39,427 bases of DNA from Escherichia phage 04922B. Location: the sequence record OP331230.1; one strand, given 5' to 3'. Position numbers and translations under genes: made by a program. Position 1 is the stretch's first letter, and each line of letters begins with the position of its first letter. Shown in pieces: positions 18,822 through 27,494 of this stretch. The notes beneath the pieces are model-generated. The model saw only the letters and a program-made list of their open reading frames with translations, did not search any database and was not told the origin of the DNA.

Positions 18822-19022
18822 ATGAGTAAACTTCTGGCAACATCTAAAATCAAAGGCCAACACACTGTAACTCTGCGTAAGTACGAGCACGGGAAAATGG
18901 GGAGCACTTACGTTGTTAGGTACGGTAAACAGGTCACACACTGGATGAACGAGGTTTTGGCACAGGAGGAATATCAAGCCTGTGTGCTACACCAAGCAAC
19001 ATGTGCAGGCTGGAATGATTGA
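18822..19022 (+). CDS. Inserted 66-aa early ORF, hypothetical, not in T7
   Basis: MSKLLATSKIKGQHTVTLRKYEHGKMGSTYVVRYGKQVTHWMNEVLAQEEYQACVLHQATCAGWND; lies between two RNase III hairpins in the host-takeover gene block; RBS is weak (agga 9 nt upstream). Confidence 0.5.
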   Translation: MSKLLATSKIKGQHTVTLRKYEHGKMGSTYVVRYGKQVTHWMNEVLAQEEYQACVLHQATCAGWND

Positions 19023-19069
19023 TACCGCGATTTGCAATCACTGGACAACAACCTTTTAGTCTACCCAGT

Positions 19070-19114
19070 GATAAACTCAAGGTCGCTCCTAGCGAGTGGC
19101 CTTTATGATTATCA
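19070..19114 (+). promoter_or_regulatory. RNase III processing site R0.5
   Basis: ctcaaggtcgctcctagcgagtggcctttatgattatcac, matching the T7 R0.5 sequence. Confidence 0.8.
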
Positions 19115-19137
19115 CTTTACTTACTGGAGTAATGTAT

Positions 19138-19266
19138 ATGCTTACTATCGGTCTGCTCACCGCTCTGGGTCTAGCTGTAGGCGCATCCTTTGGGAAGTCC
19201 TTAGGCGTAGCTGTAGGCGCTTACTTGGTCGCTTGTATCATTACGGGAGCACTGCGCAAATGCTGA
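19138..19266 (+). CDS. 0.5: gp0.5, small membrane protein
   Basis: 42-aa hydrophobic ORF MLTIGLLTALGLAVGASFGKSLGVAVGAYLVACIITGALRKC, recognised as T7 gp0.5. Confidence 0.8.
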   Translation: MLTIGLLTALGLAVGASFGKSLGVAVGAYLVACIITGALRKC

Positions 19267-19421
19267 AACACTACGTTATGCCTATCCACACATCCAACGG
19301 GTCTACAGTATGCACACCTGATGGGTTCGCAATGAAACAGCGAATCGAACGCCTTAAGCGTGAACTACGCATCAACCGCAAGATTAACAAGATAGGTTCC
19401 AGCTATGACAGAACGCACTGA
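19260..19421 (+). CDS. 0.6A: gp0.6A
   Basis: 53-aa ORF MLKHYVMPIHTSNGSTVCTPDGFAMKQRIERLKRELRINRKINKIGSSYDRTH, recognised as T7 gp0.6A. Confidence 0.85.
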   Translation: MLKHYVMPIHTSNGSTVCTPDGFAMKQRIERLKRELRINRKINKIGSSYDRTH

Positions 19422-19623
19422 TGGCTTAAAGAAAGGTTACATGACCAACGGTACACTATACGCTGCAAATAGGCGAATAGTGAGAACTTGGAGAGAGAAC
19501 AACCTTGAACGCCGCAAGGCCCAAGAAAGGGCGGCATGGCATAGGCGAAAGGAAAAGGTTAAAGCCAAGAAACTAGCCGCACTTGAACAAGCACTAGCCA
19601 ATACACTGAACGCTATCTCATAA
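19405..19623 (+). other. 0.6B: Downstream ORF corresponding to the frameshift-dependent distal part of gp0.6B
   Basis: 72-aa ORF in a different frame overlapping the 0.6A end (MTERTDGLKKGYMTNGTLYAANRRIVRTWRENNLERRK...), at the position of the T7 0.6B extension. Confidence 0.5.
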
Positions 19624-19644
19624 CGAACTAAAGGACACACTGAA

Positions 19645-20724
19645 ATGAACATTACCGACATCATGAACGCTATCGACGCAATCAAAGCGCTGCCAATCTG
19701 TGAACTTGACAAACGTCAAGGTATGCTTATCGACCTGCTGGTTGAAATGGTCAACAGCGAAACGTGCGATGGCGAGATAACCGAACTGAATCAGGCACTT
19801 GAGCATCAAGATTGGTGGACTACCTTGAAGTGTCTCACGGCTGACGCAGGGTTCAAGATGCTTGGTAATGGTCACTTCTCGGCTGCTTATAGTCACCCGC
19901 TGCTGCCCAACAGAGTGATTAAGGTGGGCTTTAAGAAAGAGGACTCAGGTGCTGCGTATACCGCATTCTGCCGAATGTATCAGGGTCGCGCCGGTATCCC
20001 TAACGTCTACGATGTACAGCGTCACGCTGGATGCTATACGGTGGTACTTGATGCACTGAATGATTGCGAGCGTTTCGACAACGATGAGCACTATAAATAC
20101 GCTGAGATTGCAAGCGACATCATTGACTACAAATCCAGTGAGCACGATATGTTAACTGGGTGGGATGGCGAGTTCGTCGAGACTTGTAAGCTAATCCGCA
20201 AGTTCTTTGAGGGCATCGCTTCGTTCGACATGCACAGCGGTAACATCATGTTCGGTGCTAATGATGTACCGTACATTACCGACCCTGTGTCATTCTCACA
20301 GAAGAAAGATGGTGGCGCATTCAGTATTGACCCTGAGGAACTCATCAAGGAAGTCGAAGAGGTCGCACACCAGAGAGCAATCGACCGCGCTAAGGAACGT
20401 AAAGCACGTCATGTGGGCCGATTGGAGGCACGCAAAGTAAAACGCCGTAACCGTAAGGCACGTAAAGCACACCAAGAGAAGCACAAGCGAATGGTTGCTG
20501 CGTGGCGTATGGCTGAGCGTCAAGAACGACGTAACCATGAGGTAGCTGTAGACGTACTGGGAAGAACCAATAACGCTATGCTCTGGGTTAACATGTTCGC
20601 TGGGGACTTTAAGGCTCTTGAGGAACGAATTGCGGCGCACTGGTTTCAAGCTGACCGAATGGCTATCGCTAACGGTCTTCCACTCAACATCGACAAGCAA
20701 CTTGACGCAATGCTAATGGGCTGA
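19645..20724 (+). CDS. 0.7: Serine/threonine protein kinase and host transcription shut-off protein (gp0.7)
   Basis: 359-aa [35 protein letters not shown]..., same length as T7 gp0.7 and recognised by sequence. Confidence 0.95.
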   Translation: MNITDIMNAIDAIKALPICELDKRQGMLIDLLVEMVNSETCDGEITELNQALEHQDWWTTLKCLTADAGFKMLGNGHFSAAYSHPLLPNRVIKVGFKKEDSGAAYTAFCRMYQGRAGIPNVYDVQRHAGCYTVVLDALNDCERFDNDEHYKYAEIASDIIDYKSSEHDMLTGWDGEFVETCKLIRKFFEGIASFDMHSGNIMFGANDVPYITDPVSFSQKKDGGAFSIDPEELIKEVEEVAHQRAIDRAKERKARHVGRLEARKVKRRNRKARKAHQEKHKRMVAAWRMAERQERRNHEVAVDVLGRTNNAMLWVNMFAGDFKALEERIAAHWFQADRMAIANGLPLNIDKQLDAMLMG

Positions 20725-20775
20725 TAGTCTTATCTTACAGGTCATCTGCGGGTGGCCTGAATAGATACGATTTAC
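20725..20775 (+). promoter_or_regulatory. RNase III site R1 region
   Basis: tagtcttatcttacaggtcatctgcgggtggcctgaatag between 0.7 and gene 1, as in T7. Confidence 0.6.
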
Positions 20776-20794
20776 TAACTGGAAGAGGCACTAA

Positions 20795-23446
20795 ATGAAC
20801 ACGATTAACATCGCTAAGAACGACTTCTCTGACATCGAACTGGCTGCTATTCCGTTCAATACTCTAGCTGACCATTACGGTGAGCGTTTAGCTCGCGAGC
20901 AGTTGGCCCTTGAGCATGAGTCTTACGAAATGGGTGAAGCACGATTCCGCAAGATGTTTGAGCGTCAACTTAAAGCTGGTGAGGTTGCGGATAACGCTGC
21001 CGCTAAGCCTCTCATTACTACCCTGCTCCCTAAGATGATTGCACGCATCAACGACTGGTTTGAGGAAGTGAAAGCTAAGCGCGGCAAACGCCCGACAGCC
21101 TTCCAGTTCCTGCAAGAAATCAAGCCGGAAGCGGTAGCGTACATCACCATTAAGACCACTCTGGCTTGCCTAACCAGTGCAGACAATACAACCGTTCAGG
21201 CTGTAGCAAGCGCAATCGGTCGAGCCATTGAGGATGAGGCTCGCTTCGGTCGCATCCGTGACCTTGAAGCCAAGCACTTCAAGAAAAACGTTGAGGAACA
21301 ACTAAACAAGCGTGTAGGTCACGTCTACAAGAAAGCATTCATGCAGGTTGTCGAAGCGGACATGCTCTCTAAGGGTCTACTGGGTGGCGAGGCGTGGTCT
21401 TCATGGCATAAGGAAGACTCCATTCACGTGGGGGTTCGCTGCATTGAGATGCTCATTGAGTCAACAGGAATGGTTAGCTTGCATCGTCAAAATGCTGGCG
21501 TAGTAGGTCAAGACTCTGAGACTATCGAACTCGCACCGGAATACGCTGAGGCTATCGCTACTCGCGCTGGAGCACTAGCTGGCATTTCCCCAATGTTCCA
21601 GCCTTGCGTAGTCCCTCCTAAGCCTTGGACTGGTATTACTGGTGGTGGCTATTGGGCTAACGGTCGCCGTCCTCTGGCGCTGGTACGCACTCATAGTAAG
21701 AAAGCACTGATGCGCTACGAAGATGTTTACATGCCTGAGGTGTACAAAGCGATTAACATTGCGCAAAACACCGCATGGAAAATCAACAAGAAAGTCCTAG
21801 CGGTCGCAAACGTAATCACCAAGTGGAAGCACTGCCCTGTAGAGGACATCCCAGCGATTGAACGTGAAGAACTCCCGATGAAACCGGAAGACATCGACAC
21901 GAATCCTGAGGCTCTCACCGCATGGAAACGTGCCGCTGCCGCTGTGTACCGTAAAGACAAGGCTCGCAAGTCTCGCCGTATCAGCCTTGAGTTCATGCTT
22001 GAGCAAGCCAACAAGTTCGCTAACCATAAGGCCATCTGGTTCCCTTACAACATGGACTGGCGCGGTCGTGTTTACGCTGTGTCAATGTTCAACCCGCAAG
22101 GTAACGATATGACCAAGGGTCTGCTGACGCTGGCGAAAGGTAAACCAATCGGTAAGGAAGGTTACTACTGGTTGAAAATCCACGGTGCAAACTGTGCTGG
22201 TGTCGATAAGGTTCCGTTCCCTGAGCGCATCAAGTTCATTGAGGACAACCACGAGAACATCATGGCTTGCGCTAAGTCTCCACTGGAGAACACTTGGTGG
22301 GCTGAGCAAGATTCTCCGTTCTGCTTCCTTGCGTTCTGCTTTGAGTACGCTGGGGTACAACACCACGGCCTTAGCTACAACTGCTCTCTTCCGCTGGCGT
22401 TCGATGGGTCTTGCTCTGGTATTCAGCACTTCTCCGCGATGCTCCTTGATGAGATAGGTGGTCGTGCGGTTAACCTGCTGCCTAGTGAAACCGTTCAGGA
22501 CATCTACGGGATTGTCGCTAAGAAAGTAAATGTGATTCTGCAAGCAGATGTAATCAACGGGACCGACAACGAAGTAGTTACCGTGACAGATGAGAACACT
22601 GGTGAAATCTCTGAGAAAGTCAAGCTGGGCACTAAGGCGCTGGCTGGTCAATGGCTGGCTTACGGTGTTACTCGCAGCGTGACTAAGCGTTCAGTCATGA
22701 CGCTGGCTTACGGGTCCAAAGAGTTCGGCTTCCGTCAACAAGTGCTGGAAGATACCATTCAACCAGCTATTGATTCCGGTAAAGGTCTGATGTTTACTCA
22801 ACCGAATCAGGCTGCTGGGTACATGGCTAAACTGATTTGGGAAGCTGTGAGCGTCACGGTGGTGGCTGCGGTTGAAGCAATGAACTGGCTTAAGTCTGCT
22901 GCTAAGCTGCTGGCTGCTCAGGTCAAAGATAAGAAGACTGGAGAGATTCTTCGCAAGCGTTGCGCTGTGCATTGGGTAACTCCTGATGGGTTCCCTGTGT
23001 GGCAGGAATACAAGAAGCCAATTCAAACTCGCTTGAACCTGATGTTCCTCGGTCAGTTCCGCTTACAGCCAACCATTAACACTAACAAGGATAGTGAGAT
23101 TGATGCACACAAACAGGAGTCCGGTATTGCTCCTAACTTTGTACACAGCCAAGATGGTAGCCACCTGCGTAAGACTGTGGTGTGGGCGCATGAGAAGTAC
23201 GGAATCGAATCATTTGCGTTGATTCACGACTCCTTCGGGACAATTCCTGCTGATGCTGCCAACTTGTTCAAAGCTGTGCGTGAAACTATGGTCGACACCT
23301 ATGAGTCTTGTGATGTACTGGCTGACTTCTATGACCAGTTCGCCGACCAGTTACACGAGTCTCAATTGGATAAAATGCCAGCACTTCCTGCTAAGGGTAA
23401 CTTGAATCTCCAAGACATCCTTAAGTCAGACTTCGCGTTCGCGTAA
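20795..23446 (+). CDS. 1: T7-type single-subunit DNA-dependent RNA polymerase (gp1)
   Basis: 883-aa ORF MNTINIAKNDFSDIELAAIPFNTLADHYGERLAREQ... with DGSCSGIQHFSA and HDSFGT motifs; near-identical to T7 RNAP. Confidence 0.98.
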   Translation: MNTINIAKNDFSDIELAAIPFNTLADHYGERLAREQLALEHESYEMGEARFRKMFERQLKAGEVADNAAAKPLITTLLPKMIARINDWFEEVKAKRGKRPTAFQFLQEIKPEAVAYITIKTTLACLTSADNTTVQAVASAIGRAIEDEARFGRIRDLEAKHFKKNVEEQLNKRVGHVYKKAFMQVVEADMLSKGLLGGEAWSSWHKEDSIHVGVRCIEMLIESTGMVSLHRQNAGVVGQDSETIELAPEYAEAIATRAGALAGISPMFQPCVVPPKPWTGITGGGYWANGRRPLALVRTHSKKALMRYEDVYMPEVYKAINIAQNTAWKINKKVLAVANVITKWKHCPVEDIPAIEREELPMKPEDIDTNPEALTAWKRAAAAVYRKDKARKSRRISLEFMLEQANKFANHKAIWFPYNMDWRGRVYAVSMFNPQGNDMTKGLLTLAKGKPIGKEGYYWLKIHGANCAGVDKVPFPERIKFIEDNHENIMACAKSPLENTWWAEQDSPFCFLAFCFEYAGVQHHGLSYNCSLPLAFDGSCSGIQHFSAMLLDEIGGRAVNLLPSETVQDIYGIVAKKVNVILQADVINGTDNEVVTVTDENTGEISEKVKLGTKALAGQWLAYGVTRSVTKRSVMTLAYGSKEFGFRQQVLEDTIQPAIDSGKGLMFTQPNQAAGYMAKLIWEAVSVTVVAAVEAMNWLKSAAKLLAAQVKDKKTGEILRKRCAVHWVTPDGFPVWQEYKKPIQTRLNLMFLGQFRLQPTINTNKDSEIDAHKQESGIAPNFVHSQDGSHLRKTVVWAHEKYGIESFALIHDSFGTIPADAANLFKAVRETMVDTYESCDVLADFYDQFADQLHESQLDKMPALPAKGNLNLQDILKSDFAFA

Positions 23447-23454
23447 CGTCAAAT

Positions 23455-23477
23455 TAATACGACTCACTATAGAGGGA
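23455..23477 (+). promoter_or_regulatory. T7-RNAP promoter phi1.1A
   Basis: taatacgactcactatagaggga. Confidence 0.9.
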
Positions 23478-23518
23478 CAAACTCAAGGTCATTCGCAAGA
23501 GTGGCCTTTATGATTGAC
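23477..23518 (+). promoter_or_regulatory. RNase III site R1.1
   Basis: aactcaaggtcattcgcaagagtggcctttatgatt hairpin. Confidence 0.75.
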
Positions 23519-23529
23519 CTTCTTCCGGT

Positions 23530-23552
23530 TAATACGACTCACTATAGGAGAA
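23530..23552 (+). promoter_or_regulatory. T7-RNAP promoter phi1.1B
   Basis: taatacgactcactataggagaa. Confidence 0.9.
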
Positions 23553-23630
23553 CCTTAAGGTTTAACTTTAAGACCCTTAAGTATTAATTAAAGATTTAAA
23601 TTAAAGAATTACTAAGAGAGGACTTTAAGT
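23553..23630 (+). other. AT-rich region after phi1.1A/B; putative primary origin of replication
   Basis: ttaaggtttaactttaagacccttaagtattaattaaagatttaaattaaagaatt; the position corresponds to the T7 primary origin (established for T7, inferred here). Confidence 0.6.
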
Positions 23631-23759
23631 ATGCGTAACTTCGAAAAGATGACCAAACGTTCTAACCATAACGCTCATGACTTCGAGGCAACCAAGGGTC
23701 GCAAGCTGAATAAGACCAAGCGCGACCGCTCGCATAAACGTAGCTGGGAGGGTCAGTAA
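23631..23759 (+). CDS. 1.1: gp1.1, small basic protein
   Basis: 42-aa ORF MRNFEKMTKRSNHNAHDFEATKGRKLNKTKRDRSHKRSWEGQ, recognised as T7 gp1.1. Confidence 0.85.
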   Translation: MRNFEKMTKRSNHNAHDFEATKGRKLNKTKRDRSHKRSWEGQ

Positions 23760-23760
23760 G

Positions 23761-24018
23761 ATGGGCCGTTTATACAGTGGGAATCTGAATGACTTCAAGG
23801 CTGCAACAAATAAGCTGTTTGAGTTGGACCTTGCGGTGATACATGACGACTGGTACGATGCTTACAAACGCCTTTCGTGTATACGTCTACGTGTAGAGGA
23901 CAGGGCTGGAAATCTGATTGATACCAATACGTTCTGTCACCACGATGAAGACGTCTTGTACAATACGTGTACTGACTGGCTGAACCGTATGTACGACCAG
24001 TTGAAGGACTGGAAGTAA
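23761..24018 (+). CDS. 1.2: gp1.2, inhibitor of host dGTPase
   Basis: 85-aa ORF MGRLYSGNLNDFKAATNKLFELDLAVIHDDWYDAYKRLSC..., recognised as T7 gp1.2. Confidence 0.92.
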   Translation: MGRLYSGNLNDFKAATNKLFELDLAVIHDDWYDAYKRLSCIRLRVEDRAGNLIDTNTFCHHDEDVLYNTCTDWLNRMYDQLKDWK

Positions 24019-24038
24019 TACGACTCAGTATAGGGACA
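24016..24038 (+). promoter_or_regulatory. T7-RNAP promoter phi1.3
   Basis: taatacgactcagtatagggaca, the phi1.3-type variant. Confidence 0.88.
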
Positions 24039-24075
24039 ATGCTTAAGGTCGCTCATTGAGTGGCCTTAGTCATTT
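24037..24075 (+). promoter_or_regulatory. RNase III site R1.3
   Basis: gcttaaggtcgctcattgagtggccttagtcatt hairpin. Confidence 0.75.
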
Positions 24076-24096
24076 AACCAATAGGAGATAAACATT

Positions 24097-25179
24097 ATGA
24101 TGAACATTAAGACCAACCCATTCAAAGCCGTGTCTTTCGTAGAGTCTGCCATTAAGAAAGCTCTGGATAACGCTGGGTATCTTATTGCTGACATTAAGTA
24201 CGATGGTGTGCGTGGTAACATCTGCGTAGACAATACCGCTAACTGCTGCTGGCTCTCTCGTGTATCCAAACCGATTCCGGCACTGTCTTACCTTAATGGG
24301 TTCGACGCACGTTGGCAGCGTCTACTAAAGGATGACCGTTGCTTCTACCCTGATGGCTTCATGCTGGATTGCGAACTTATGGTCAAGGGAGTGGACTTCA
24401 ACACTGGCTCCGGCCTTCTGCGGACCAAGTGGCTCAACAAGAAGAACATGCAGTTCGATATTGGCGGTCCGTATGAATCGTGGGACGTGAGCCTGAAAGG
24501 ACTTCCTTTCGGTATTGACCCGAACTTACTAACAGTTAAACTCTACGCTATCCTTCCGTACCACATTGTGGAATCTGGGGAAGACTGTGATGTCATGACG
24601 TTGCTCATGCAGGAACACGTTAAGAACATGCTGCCTCTGCTACAGGAATACTTTCCCGAAATCGAATGGCAAGCTGCTGAGTCTTACGAGGTTTACGACA
24701 TGGTAGAACTACAGCAACTGTACGAGAAGAAGCGTGAAGAAGGGCATGAGGGTCTCATTGTGAAAGACCCTATGGGAATCTACAAGCGAGGTAAGAAGTC
24801 CGGCTGGTGGAAAATGAAGCCTGAGAACGAGGCTGACGGTATTATCCAAGGTCTTGTATGGGGTACTCAAGGTCTGGCTAACGAAGGTAAAGTGATTGGC
24901 TTTGAGGTGCTTCTTGAGAGTGGTCGCGTAGTAAACGCCACAAACATCTCTCGCGCCTTAATGGACGAGTTCACAGCCGTGGTAAAAGAGGCCACCTTGA
25001 AACAGTGGGGATTCTTTAGCCCGTATGGTATTGGTGACAACGATGCTTGCACCTTAAATCCCTACAATGGATGGGCCTGCCAGATTAGCTACATGGAGGA
25101 AACACCAGACGGCTCTCTGCGCCACCCATCATTCGTAATGTTCCGTGGCACCGAGGACAACCCTCAAGAGAAAATGTAA
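24097..25179 (+). CDS. 1.3: ATP-dependent DNA ligase (gp1.3)
   Basis: 360-aa ORF with KxDG adenylation motif IKYDGVRG; matches T7 ligase with a divergent internal segment (about aa 115-160). Confidence 0.95.
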   Translation: MMNIKTNPFKAVSFVESAIKKALDNAGYLIADIKYDGVRGNICVDNTANCCWLSRVSKPIPALSYLNGFDARWQRLLKDDRCFYPDGFMLDCELMVKGVDFNTGSGLLRTKWLNKKNMQFDIGGPYESWDVSLKGLPFGIDPNLLTVKLYAILPYHIVESGEDCDVMTLLMQEHVKNMLPLLQEYFPEIEWQAAESYEVYDMVELQQLYEKKREEGHEGLIVKDPMGIYKRGKKSGWWKMKPENEADGIIQGLVWGTQGLANEGKVIGFEVLLESGRVVNATNISRALMDEFTAVVKEATLKQWGFFSPYGIGDNDACTLNPYNGWACQISYMEETPDGSLRHPSFVMFRGTEDNPQEKM

Positions 25180-25182
25180 TCA

Positions 25183-25216
25183 CACTGGCTCACCTTCGGG
25201 TGGGCCTTTATGCGTT
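25183..25216 (+). terminator. Early terminator TE for host RNA polymerase
   Basis: ggctcaccttcgggtgggcctttatgcgttt: GC hairpin with ttcg loop and T-rich tail, matching T7 TE. Confidence 0.85.
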
Positions 25217-25232
25217 TATAAGGAGACACTTT

Positions 25233-25388
25233 ATGTTGAAGAAGGTCGGTAAGTTCCTTGCAGCTTGGGCAGCTATCCTGACGTTTGCATATCTTCTGGC
25301 GGTATATCCTCAAGTAGCACTCGTAGTAGTTGGTGCGTGTTGCCTAGCGGCAGCGTGCGCTTGCGTGTGGTGCTTCGTCAATTGCTAA
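25233..25388 (+). CDS. 1.4: gp1.4, small membrane protein
   Basis: MLKKVGKFLAAWAAILTFAYLLAVYPQVALVVVGACCLAAACACVWCFVNC, recognised as T7 gp1.4. Confidence 0.85.
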   Translation: MLKKVGKFLAAWAAILTFAYLLAVYPQVALVVVGACCLAAACACVWCFVNC

Positions 25389-25408
25389 TACGACTCACTA
25401 AAGGAGGT
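25386..25408 (+). promoter_or_regulatory. T7-RNAP promoter phi1.5
   Basis: taatacgactcactaaaggaggt. Confidence 0.9.
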
Positions 25409-25415
25409 ACACATC

Positions 25416-25505
25416 ATGATGTACTTAATGCCATTACTCATTGTCATCATAGGATGCCTTGCGCTCCACTGTAGCGATGACGATATGCCAGATGGCCATG
25501 CTTAA
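25416..25505 (+). CDS. 1.5: gp1.5
   Basis: 29-aa ORF MMYLMPLLIVIIGCLALHCSDDDMPDGHA, recognised as T7 gp1.5. Confidence 0.8.
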   Translation: MMYLMPLLIVIIGCLALHCSDDDMPDGHA

Positions 25506-25525
25506 TACGACTCACTAAAGGAGAC
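25503..25525 (+). promoter_or_regulatory. T7-RNAP promoter phi1.6
   Basis: taatacgactcactaaaggagac. Confidence 0.9.
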
Positions 25526-25530
25526 ACTAT

Positions 25531-25791
25531 ATGTTTCGACTTCATTACAACAAAAGCATTAAGAATTTCACGGTTCGCCGTGCTGACCGTTCAATCGTAT
25601 GTGCGAGCGAGCGCCGAGCTAAGTTACCTCTTATTGGTAACACAGTTCCTTTGGCACCGAGCGTCCACATCATTATCACTCGTGGTGACTTCGAGAAAGC
25701 AATAGACAAGAAACGTCCGGTTCTTAGCGTGGCAGTGACCCGCTTCCCGTTCGTCCGTCTGTTACTCAAACGAATCAAGGAGGTGTTCTGA
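25531..25791 (+). CDS. 1.6: gp1.6
   Basis: 86-aa [34 protein letters not shown]..., recognised as T7 gp1.6. Confidence 0.92.
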   Translation: MFRLHYNKSIKNFTVRRADRSIVCASERRAKLPLIGNTVPLAPSVHIIITRGDFEKAIDKKRPVLSVAVTRFPFVRLLLKRIKEVF

Positions 25792-26333
25792 TGTCTGGTT
25801 GCATAGCTTGCTTAGAGAAAGACGACCGTTATCCACACACCTGTAATAAAGGAGCTAACAACATGACTGAACGTGAACAAGAAATGATCATGAAGCTGGT
25901 AGACAACAACGAAGGTCGCCCAGATGATTTGACTGGCTGCGCGGTTCTCTGCTCTAATGTTCCCTACCACCTCTGCCCAGCAAATAATGATCAGAAGATA
26001 ACCTTAGGTGAAATACGAGCGATGGACCCACGTAAGTCTAAGTCGGATAAACCAGAGGTAACTCCGACAGATGACCAGTCTTCCGCTGAGTCAATCGAAG
26101 GTATCACTAAGCCATCCCATTACATGCTGTTCGACGACATTGAGGCTATCGAAGTGATTGCCCGTTCGATGACCCGTGAGCAGTTCAAGGGGTACTGCTT
26201 AGGGAACATCCTTAAGTATCGCCTACGTGCTGGTAAGAAATCCGAACTGGCTTACTTAGAGAAGGACATGGCGAAAGCTGGGTTCTATGGTGAACTGTAC
26301 GAGAAACATAAGGATAAGTGCTATGACGCTTAA
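25791..26333 (+). CDS. 1.7: Nucleoside monophosphate kinase (gp1.7), N-terminally shortened relative to T7
   Basis: 180-aa [35 protein letters not shown]...; matches T7 gp1.7 but lacks about 16 N-terminal residues. Confidence 0.92.
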   Translation: MSGCIACLEKDDRYPHTCNKGANNMTEREQEMIMKLVDNNEGRPDDLTGCAVLCSNVPYHLCPANNDQKITLGEIRAMDPRKSKSDKPEVTPTDDQSSAESIEGITKPSHYMLFDDIEAIEVIARSMTREQFKGYCLGNILKYRLRAGKKSELAYLEKDMAKAGFYGELYEKHKDKCYDA

Positions 26334-26413
26334 CGATGTTCTGTACTTCGGATTAATTTGCGCTGGAGTGGGAGCGTTACTTCGCTTAATGTATTGGGCC
26401 ATAGAGGTGGAAT

Positions 26414-26433
<20 letters not shown>
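26323..26433 (+). CDS. Small hydrophobic ORF (36 aa) at the position where T7 gene 1.8 starts
   Basis: MTLNDVLYFGLICAGVGALLRLMYWAIEVEYGKAK; ATG overlaps the end of 1.7 exactly as the 1.8 start does in T7, but the sequence is unrelated and TM-like. Confidence 0.4.
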
Positions 26434-26726
<293 letters not shown>

Positions 26727-26729
<3 letters not shown>

Positions 26730-26749
26730 TACGACTCACTATTGGGAGA
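26727..26749 (+). promoter_or_regulatory. T7-RNAP promoter phi2.5
   Basis: taatacgactcactattgggaga. Confidence 0.9.
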
Positions 26750-26795
26750 AGACTCCCTTTGAGAAACCAAACGAAACCTAAAGGAGATTAACATT

Positions 26796-27494
26796 ATGGC
26801 TAAGAAGATTTTCACCTCTGCACTGGGTACTGCCGAACCTTACGCTTACATCTCTAAGCCGGACTACGGCAACGAAGAGCGTGGCTTTGGGAACCCTCGT
26901 GGTGTCTACAAAGTTGACCTGACTATTCCCAACAAAGACCCGCGCTGCCAGCGTATGGTCGATGAAATCGTGAAGTGCCACGAAGAGGCTTATGCTGCTG
27001 CCGTTGAGGAATACGAAGCGAACCCGCCTGCTGTAGCTCGTGGTAAGAAACCACTGAAACCGTATGAAGGCGACATGCCGTTCTTCGATAACGGTGACGG
27101 CACGACTACCTTTAAGTTCAAATGCTACGCGTCTTTCCAAGACAAGAAGACCAAAGAGACCAAGCACATCAATCTGGTTGTGGTTGACTCCAAAGGTAAG
27201 AAGATGGAAGACGTTCCGATTATCGGTGGTGGCTCTAAGCTGAAAGTCAAATACTCTCTGGTTCCGTACAAGTGGAACACCGCTGTGGGTGCAAGCGTTA
27301 AGCTGCAACTGGAATCCGTGATGCTGGTCGAACTGGCTACCTTTGGTGGCGGTGAAGATGATTGGGCTGACGAAGTTGAAGAGAACGGCTATGTTGCCTC
27401 TGGTTCTGCCAAAGCGAGCAAACCACGCGACGAAGAAAGCTGGGACGAAGACGACGAAGAGTCCGAGGAAGTAGATGAAGACGGAGACTTCTAA
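26796..27494 (+). CDS. 2.5: Single-stranded DNA-binding protein (gp2.5)
   Basis: 232-aa ORF with acidic C-terminal tail ...DEESEEVDEDGDF, recognised as T7 gp2.5. Confidence 0.97.
   Translation: MAKKIFTSALGTAEPYAYISKPDYGNEERGFGNPRGVYKVDLTIPNKDPRCQRMVDEIVKCHEEAYAAAVEEYEANPPAVARGKKPLKPYEGDMPFFDNGDGTTTFKFKCYASFQDKKTKETKHINLVVVDSKGKKMEDVPIIGGGSKLKVKYSLVPYKWNTAVGASVKLQLESVMLVELATFGGGEDDWADEVEENGYVASGSAKASKPRDEESWDEDDEESEEVDEDGDF

Noticed and set aside
19032-19259. N-terminal 76 codons of the 129-aa ORF 19032-19421
   Set aside because: This part runs through the R0.5 RNase III hairpin and overlaps gene 0.5 in another frame; only the C-terminal 53 codons from the ATG at 19260 match gp0.6A.
22082-22651. 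189-aa minus-strand ORF inside the RNA polymerase gene
   Set aside because: Antisense shadow ORF within gene 1; no independent signals.
26778-27308. 176-aa minus-strand ORF overlapping gene 2.5
   Set aside because: Antisense to the SSB gene; no supporting signals.
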